In this document: one piece after another, positions 56,427-64,000 of the stretch
How the letters are laid out: each line of letters opens with the position of its first letter
Numbering within the stretch: the first letter of the stretch is position 1
Origin: an uncultured Gemmatimonadales bacterium
GTDB lineage: Bacteria > Gemmatimonadota > Gemmatimonadetes > Gemmatimonadales > GWC2-71-9
NCBI GenBank assembly: GCA_963825055.1
Contig: CAWGSK010000008.1
Coordinates: 1 to 64,000, forward strand
Reading direction: 5' to 3'
Length of the DNA stretch: 64,000 nt
The notes under the pieces: generated by a model
What the model was told of the DNA's origin: nothing
What the model saw: the letters and a program-made list of their open reading frames with translations, nothing else
Databases searched by the model: none
Translations under genes and position numbers: made by a program

Positions 56427-57414
56427 GCAGGGCCTCGCGCCCGACGGCGGCACGGTGGTTCAGGAAGGCCCGCGCGGCGCCATAGACCCCGGCCGACTCG
56501 ACCAGCTCGCCCGGCACGACCCGACAGACCTCGACGGCTGGCTTGAAGGCGCGCCGGGAGATCTCGCGGCGCAGTGGCACGAAGAGTCGATCGCCCGCCT
56601 GGGTGACGCCGCCGCAGATCACGACGACCTCTGGATTGAGCACGTTCATAAGGTTTGCCAGCCCGGCGCCGAGGAACTTGGCGGTGTCGCTTACCACCTC
56701 CTGGGCCAGTTCGTCGCCGTCGTTGGCGGCGGCGTACACTGTCTGGGCGGTGATGCGCGAGAGGTTGCCGTCCACGTAGGAAGGAATGGCTGTCTCGTAG
56801 CCGGACTCGATGGCCTCCACCGCGCGCTGCGCGATCGCCGGGCCGCTCGCGTACGCCTCGAGGCAGCCGTAGTTGCCGCACTTGCACAGGCGGCCGGTGG
56901 GGTCGATGGTCGTGTGCCCGATTTCCCCGGCGCAATCGGACGCGCCGTGGAAGAGCCGGCCGTCGATGACGATCCCGCCACCGATGCCAGTACCAATGGT
57001 GATTCCGACGACGATCTGCGCATCGCGCGCGGCGCCGAGCCAGCACTCGCCGAGGACGGCGCAGTTCGCGTCATTGTCAAGCCGGGCCGGCAGCTGGAGG
57101 CCGGCCCGGATACGGTCGCGGAGCGGCATGTTGACCCAGCCGAGGTTCGGGGTCAGCAGGACCACTCCGGTCTTCGTGTCGAGAGGCCCCGGCGCCCCGA
57201 TGCCGACACCGAGGAAGGTGGCTTCCGGGTCCTCGAAGGCGGCCTGCTCCATGGCGCCCCGCGCGAGCGTGATCAGCCGGTGAATGACCGCGTCCGCCCC
57301 CTCCTCCGGGCGGGTGGGTTCGCTCCGCAGGCCGAGCAGCGCCGAGCCGTCCTCGGCGACGCAGCCGACGACCAGGTTCGTGCCTCCGATATCCATTCCG
57401 ACGACGTAGCGCAC
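56419..57414 (-). CDS. ROK family sugar kinase (glucokinase-like)
   Basis: GGAGG RBS; 'DIGGT', 'NDAN', 'GTGIGGG', 'GEIGH', 'CKCGNYGCLE'. Confidence 0.93.
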   Translation of the reverse strand: MRYVVGMDIGGTNLVVGCVAEDGSALLGLRSEPTRPEEGADAVIHRLITLARGAMEQAAFEDPEATFLGVGIGAPGPLDTKTGVVLLTPNLGWVNMPLRDRIRAGLQLPARLDNDANCAVLGECWLGAARDAQIVVGITIGTGIGGGIVIDGRLFHGASDCAGEIGHTTIDPTGRLCKCGNYGCLEAYASGPAIAQRAVEAIESGYETAIPSYVDGNLSRITAQTVYAAANDGDELAQEVVSDTAKFLGAGLANLMNVLNPEVVVICGGVTQAGDRLFVPLRREISRRAFKPAVEVCRVVPGELVESAGVYGAARAFLNHRAAVGREALHA

Positions 57415-57427
57415 GACGGCAAACCTC

Positions 57428-58423
57428 CTATGGTCCCGTGACCTGCTGCTCGAGCGCATCGCGTATTGCGGCGGCCACCGTGGTGGCGTCGAGATCCCGC
57501 ATGCAGCGATGATGGCCGAGCGGGCACACCTCCGGGCCGTGCCGGGAGCAGGGGCGGCAGGACAGCGTGTCAATGCCGAGCATCTGGTCGCCGGGTCCGC
57601 GGGGTCCGAAGCCGAAGGCCGGAACCGTGGGGCCGAACAGCGCCACCACCGGCGTGCCAGCGGCCGTTGCCAGGTGCAGCGGTGCCGAATCGTTGGTGAC
57701 CAGCAGCGCGGCCCGGCCGATCAGCGCCGTCGACGCCCGGAGCGACAGGGCGCCGGCGGCGTTGTGAATGTGGTCCGGTGCCCGGGCAGCGACCCGTTCG
57801 CCCAGGTCCCGGTCGGCCGGCCCCCCGACAACGACGATGTCCCGTTCGAGTGTTGCGGCCAGTCCTTCATAATAGGGCCATCGCTTGGTTCCCCAAATGG
57901 AGCCGGGGGCGATCGCGACGAACCCCGGGGAGACGCCATGCTGGCGGAGCCAGGTATCCGCGGCCTCCCTGTCCTGGTCGGTGGTCACGATGGTGACCGG
58001 CGGGGCCGGGTCGTCGTGCCCTGCGAGGGCGAGCAGGCGTTCCACCTCGTGGCCGGCCTTCGGGCGGGGGATGCTCCGGGTGTACAGCGCCCGGGCGCCG
58101 TCGGCAAAGCCGATGCGCTCCGGGATCCGGGCCAGGAGCGCGACTCCTCCCGTACGCCAGGAGCGGTGGGGAAGCCAGGCCCGCTCGTAGCGGGCGTCCC
58201 GGAGCCGGGCGGCGAGACGGTGGAACCCCCTCCACCCGCGGTCCTCCCCCTGCTTGTCCCACGGGATCACCTGCCGGACGGCAGGATGTGTCTCGAGGAG
58301 CGGCGCCGCGGCCGGCGTCGTGACGACGTCGAGCGGTCCCTCACGCTCCGCCAGCACCGTGAGCAGCGGCGTGGTGAGGACCACGTCGCCGAGGAAGGCC
58401 GTCTGGATGAGGAGGGAGGACAT
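57428..58423 (-). CDS. GT9 glycosyltransferase (LPS heptosyltransferase II-like)
   Basis: 'FLGDVVLTTP', 'TKRWP', 'NDSAPLHLA', 'FGPT'. Confidence 0.9.
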   Translation of the reverse strand: MSSLLIQTAFLGDVVLTTPLLTVLAEREGPLDVVTTPAAAPLLETHPAVRQVIPWDKQGEDRGWRGFHRLAARLRDARYERAWLPHRSWRTGGVALLARIPERIGFADGARALYTRSIPRPKAGHEVERLLALAGHDDPAPPVTIVTTDQDREAADTWLRQHGVSPGFVAIAPGSIWGTKRWPYYEGLAATLERDIVVVGGPADRDLGERVAARAPDHIHNAAGALSLRASTALIGRAALLVTNDSAPLHLATAAGTPVVALFGPTVPAFGFGPRGPGDQMLGIDTLSCRPCSRHGPEVCPLGHHRCMRDLDATTVAAAIRDALEQQVTGP

Positions 58424-58594
58424 GTGAGAGTGACTAGTGACTAGTGACTGGTGACTGGTGACTGGTGACTGGTGATTGGTGATTGGTGATTGGTGACTGG
58501 TGATTGGTGATTGAAATCGGTTACAGGGGTGGTGGATCGCCGCTGGACTTCGCCCCTCTATCCCTAGTCACTAATCACTAGTCACTAGTCACTG
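58424..58594. repeat. inverted heptamer arrays (GTGAYTR)x~12 ... (CACTART)x~4
   Basis: Occupies essentially the whole lepA-GT9 gap. Confidence 0.93.
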
Positions 58595-58596
58595 TC

Positions 58597-60396
<1,800 letters not shown>

Positions 60397-60419
60397 GGGG
60401 GAGAATATAGTGGGGAGAG

Positions 60420-60546
60420 GGTGGCGCGGAGGGGGTGGCAGGCGGCTTGTGGCAAGTGGCGAGTGGCAAGTGGTAGGCGGCCAGCAACAGGCGCTCCGAT
60501 TTCTTCAGTCCTCCTCCACTTGCCACTTGCTACTTCCCACTTGCCG
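60420..60546. repeat. inverted heptamer arrays (GTGGCRA)n ... (CCACTTG)n
   Basis: Arms at about 60449-60473 and 60516-60545. Confidence 0.85.
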
Positions 60547-60552
60547 CCTCCC

Positions 60553-61647
60553 TCACCCGCACTTCACCTCCCCTTCCTCCCATCCCGGCGGAGTCAGGGC
60601 ACCGACCCCCATGGCGCAGGTCAGCCTGAGGTCCGGGTGGGTGGCGACGGCTACCCAGGAGAAACCGGAGTGGAGGTAGATACCCAGGGTGGCGCCGGAG
60701 GTCGGCGAGAGCGCCAGGCTGTCGGCGGTCGAGGCGTACGCCCCGTGGTTGGAGAAATACATCTCCTGCGCCATGAGGATGCTGCGGAGGTCCGCCGCGA
60801 TCGACTCCACCAGTTCCGGGTGGGCGGCAGCCTCGGCCACCGGGTTGTAGGGCGGTGGCGCAACGGTACGGTCCGGTGCAGCCGGCGTGGGGGTTCCCTG
60901 AAGGGCATAGAGGGCGATCCGCTCGACGTCGTCCCGGTCCCGCTCGAGGCCCAGCACCCAGTCCGGTCCGAAGTCCTGGACCTCGAAGCCGGCCGGCAGC
61001 CGGGCGCTCGCGATCGGGTGGCCGTCCACGTGCACGGTCCAGGCGCTGTCGCCGGGGTTCCTCGTCCACAGGCTTCCGCTCGACGTCCACCGCGCCTCGC
61101 GCACCCGGCCAGCCGGTATGTCATCGTCCAGCGCGTCCAGCGCTGTCCGGACCGTCTCCGCGCTCACCGTCGCGGGAGGAAGAGTGGCCCAGGTCTGGCG
61201 GTAGACGAGCACGTTCCCCGGAAACTCCGTCGCGTTACCCGGGAGGAGTGGGGCCGTCCGGATGCCGTCGTTGCTGCGGTCAATCAGGGTCAGACGGCGG
61301 TTGCCGCTGTCGAGCACCTTGAGGGTGTCCTCGTTGCCGGCCAGGAAGAGCCTTCCGGTGTACTCCCCAGGCCCCTTTCCCTGTCGTCCCATGGTCTTGA
61401 GAAAATGTCCGGCGCTGTCGAACCAGCGGAGTTCGTGTGTTCCGGAGTTGGCGAGAAGGATCGTGCCGTCGTCCAGCCGGACAGACGAGGTCACCTGGTC
61501 CAGCTCGGTTGGGCCAGTACCTTCCGCGCCGCCGATGACAAGGGATGGTTCTGAAGCGGTGGACCAGGTCGGCAGTGGGGGAGCGGAAGCGGGCTCGCTG
61601 CCACAGGCGGAGAGGAGGATGATCACGACAGCAGCGAGGTTGCGCAT
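60553..61647 (-). CDS. lipoprotein with beta-propeller-like region and C-terminal pilin-like domain
   Basis: 'LSAC' lipobox; 'FD..G.FL...GRQGKGPGEY'; C-terminal 'DLRSILMAQEMYF..HG.Y...C...C'. Confidence 0.65.
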   Translation of the reverse strand: MRNLAAVVIILLSACGSEPASAPPLPTWSTASEPSLVIGGAEGTGPTELDQVTSSVRLDDGTILLANSGTHELRWFDSAGHFLKTMGRQGKGPGEYTGRLFLAGNEDTLKVLDSGNRRLTLIDRSNDGIRTAPLLPGNATEFPGNVLVYRQTWATLPPATVSAETVRTALDALDDDIPAGRVREARWTSSGSLWTRNPGDSAWTVHVDGHPIASARLPAGFEVQDFGPDWVLGLERDRDDVERIALYALQGTPTPAAPDRTVAPPPYNPVAEAAAHPELVESIAADLRSILMAQEMYFSNHGAYASTADSLALSPTSGATLGIYLHSGFSWVAVATHPDLRLTCAMGVGALTPPGWEEGEVKCG

Positions 61648-61768
61648 GTTTGCGAGGCCGAGGGTCGAGAGTCGGATGCGTGAAAGTACCGCACTCCGCG
61701 CATCGGATGGCACTGGATGACTGATAAGTCTATTCATGTCCGGCGGATCGGCCAGGGCGCCACCCGTG

Positions 61769-63316
61769 TCAGTGAACGGCGTACACCACCGCCCGACCCA
61801 GCACTTCCCGCAGCGCCGCGGCAAACTCCGCCAGCGTCGCGGGCTTCTTGAGCGTCTTCACGATGCCGGCTCCCTCCAGTCGCTGTTCCGGCAGCTGGGC
61901 CAGGTGGCCGGTCAGCAGGATGACCGGCGCCGTATTGCCGAGGGCGCGGAGCCGCTCGGCAAGCTCGACGCCGGTGGTGCCGGGCATCGAGTAGTCGGTG
62001 ATGATGGCGGAGAAGCTGTTGGGAGATTCGGTGAACCGGGCGAGGGCCTCGTCCGGTCCGTTCGCCGTGGTGACGAGGTAACCGAGGGTCTCCACCCGGC
62101 GGCGCCCGACCCGCACGAGGGAGGGCTCGTCGTCCACGTACAGCAGGCGCTCGCCCTGGCCGGTGGGGAGCGCGTTCGAGAGCGGCGGTGCCTCGTCCTC
62201 GCTGTGCTCCAGCGCGGGGAAGTAGCACCGGACCATGGTGCCTTCCCCCGGTTCACTTTCCACGGACACGGCGCCCTCGTGATCCCGCAGGATCCCGTGG
62301 ACCATGGACAGTCCCAGGCCGCTGCCTTCGCCCGGCCCTTTCGTGGTGAAGAAGGGCTCGAAGGCCCGCTGCCGGGTCCGCTCGTCCATGCCGGCGCCGG
62401 TATCCTGGACCGTCATCACCAGGTACGGGCCCTCGTGGAGCGAGGGGTTGGCCCGGACCGCGCTGTCAGTCATGTAAGCCGGCGTGAGGCCGATGGCCAG
62501 GGTTCCGCCGTCCGCCATGGCGTGGGCGGCGTTCGTGGCGAGGTTCATCAGGACCTGCTCGACCGCGGTGGTGTCCGCCATGACCCGGCTGGCCCCTGAG
62601 GCCAGGTTGACCTCGATGCTGATTTCGGCGGGGAGCGTGGCGCGCAGGAGGCCGGCGGTATCCCGCAGGACCGCCGCCAGGTCGGTGGGAAGCTGGCGGC
62701 TGACCTGGCGCCGGCTGAACCGGAGGATCCGGTCTACCAGCGTCCGCCCGCGGGTGGCCGCGTTGAGGACCTGCTGCAGGTCAGAAACGGCCTGCGGGTT
62801 GTCATCCAGACCGCGTACCACGAGTTCGGTGTATCCGATGATGCCCGCGAGGAGGTTGTTGAAGTCGTGCGCGATGCCACCCGCCAGGGTGCCGATGGCC
62901 TCCATCTTCTGGGCCTGCCGCAGCATTTCCTGCAGGCGGTCCCGCTCCTCCTCCGCAGCCTTCCGCGCGCTGATGTCGACGATGGAGCTGAGGACAAAGA
63001 GGCCCTCATCGGTCCTGACCGGCGTGAGCCCGATCTCGATGGGTACCTCGGTGCCGTCCTTGCGGCGACCATGGAGTTCGCGCCCCACCCCGAGCTTGAG
63101 CGGCTGGGGATCCTGGAGGTAGGCCTCCAGCTGACCGGGGTGCTTGCCATGCATGTTGAGGGGAACGAGCAGGTTTACCGGCTGTCCAATCAGCTCTTGA
63201 CGATCGTAACCGAACAGCCGTTCGACTTCCCGGTTGACGAGAACGATGGTCCCGGAGGCGTCCACCATGACGAGGCCGCTGGGTGAGTGCTCAACCGCAG
63301 CCCGAAGGCGTTCCAC
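61769..63316 (-). CDS. PAS-domain hybrid sensor histidine kinase (CckA-like)
   Basis: PAS, 'GGIAHDFNN', 'NLATNA', 'DTGAGM', 'FEPFFTTK...GLGL', receiver 'VDDE...TD..MP'. Confidence 0.95.
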   Translation of the reverse strand: MERLRAAVEHSPSGLVMVDASGTIVLVNREVERLFGYDRQELIGQPVNLLVPLNMHGKHPGQLEAYLQDPQPLKLGVGRELHGRRKDGTEVPIEIGLTPVRTDEGLFVLSSIVDISARKAAEEERDRLQEMLRQAQKMEAIGTLAGGIAHDFNNLLAGIIGYTELVVRGLDDNPQAVSDLQQVLNAATRGRTLVDRILRFSRRQVSRQLPTDLAAVLRDTAGLLRATLPAEISIEVNLASGASRVMADTTAVEQVLMNLATNAAHAMADGGTLAIGLTPAYMTDSAVRANPSLHEGPYLVMTVQDTGAGMDERTRQRAFEPFFTTKGPGEGSGLGLSMVHGILRDHEGAVSVESEPGEGTMVRCYFPALEHSEDEAPPLSNALPTGQGERLLYVDDEPSLVRVGRRRVETLGYLVTTANGPDEALARFTESPNSFSAIITDYSMPGTTGVELAERLRALGNTAPVILLTGHLAQLPEQRLEGAGIVKTLKKPATLAEFAAALREVLGRAVVYAVH

Positions 63317-63432
63317 TGTATCAGGGAAGATTCAGGAGTGAGGCGCCCCGGAGCCGGGGCGCAGGGACCGCTGGCATCGGAGAAATGTGGGGCAGGGAAC
63401 GGGTGCGGGATGTGACGGGGGTCACGGGGGGA

Positions 63433-63508
63433 GGGAGTAGGGAGTAGGGAGTAGGGGGACGAGGTCACGGAGGGACGCCTATTCCCTATTCCCTATTCCC
63501 TACTCCCT
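63433..63508. repeat. inverted heptamer arrays (AGGGAGT)x3 ... (AYTCCCT)x4
   Basis: The CMD stop (CTA 63500-63502) lies in the right arm. Confidence 0.9.
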
Positions 63509-63856
63509 GCTCCCCGTTCCCTGCAGTTCCTCCAGCCGCTCCATCGCCCGCCTCAAATGCGGGACCACGATACTCCCACCCACGATCAGCGACACGCTGA
63601 AGATCTCCATGAGCTGGTCCATGGTGACCCCTTCCTCGTGGCAGCGGATGACGTGGTACGTGATGCAGTCGTCGCAGCGGAGGACCATGCTGGCCGCGAG
63701 GCCCAGCATTTCCTTGGTGCGGGTATCGAGCGCGCCGTTTTCGTAGGTCCGCCCGTCCAGGGCAAAGAAACGGTTCACCGTGAGGTTGCCCGCGGCGAAG
63801 ATGCGCTCGTTCATGCGCTCGCGGAAGGCGTTGAAGTCGGCGATGGACTCGGACAT
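63500..63856 (-). CDS. carboxymuconolactone decarboxylase/AhpD family protein
   Basis: 'GALD..TKEMLGL.ASMVLRCDDCITYH'. Confidence 0.9.
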   Translation of the reverse strand: MSESIADFNAFRERMNERIFAAGNLTVNRFFALDGRTYENGALDTRTKEMLGLAASMVLRCDDCITYHVIRCHEEGVTMDQLMEIFSVSLIVGGSIVVPHLRRAMERLEELQGTGSRE

Positions 63857-63881
63857 GCGGGGCCCGTGGAGAGGGGGATCT

Positions 63882-64000
63882 GGAAAGCGTGAAAGGTAAA
63901 AGGTAAAAGACCTCACCCCCCAGCCCCCTCTCCAAGTCGTGTGTGGAGAGGGCGAGGGCACTTCAGTCACGGATCTCTGACCGTCCTGACCGCCCTGTCC
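63882..64000. repeat. (AAAGGTA)n, REP-like hairpin CCCTCTCCA...TGGAGAGGG (63926-63952), then (TGACCGYCC)n
   Basis: Read directly; runs off the end of the window. Confidence 0.75.

Overview
GC-rich bacterial window; gene content and order suggest Gemmatimonadota (inference, not tested). Bases 1-8.2 kb are the distal end of an integron gene-cassette array: six full attC sites, one 32-bp mini-attC and one orphan R' box, with no intI in the window. Its cassettes include a secreted erythromycin-esterase homologue, DUF6946, a VOC protein, an HExxH protein and a decayed PQQ dehydrogenase. The rest is largely core genome: transporters, DNA repair genes (Fpg/Nei, Ogt-AlkA fusion, UvrA, Nfo), FHA+PP2C, pckA/maeB, and a long minus-strand run lepA-GT9-ROK-PfkB-HATPase-STAS/wHTH-Cys/Met lyase-ftsEX-envC. 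Highlights: (1) about 17 intergenic loci of 7-9-nt tandem repeats with at least eight different units, all with the same polarity (purine/G-rich arm left, C-rich arm right), often forming hairpins and often supplying the neighbouring stop codon; (2) a Cyc2-like cytochrome-porin with a divergent cytochrome c; (3) a sigma54 promoter with a perfect NtrC-type palindrome upstream of an M23 peptidase; (4) a STAS/HATPase pair embedded upstream of ftsEX. All calls come from reading motifs by eye; no database searches were run.
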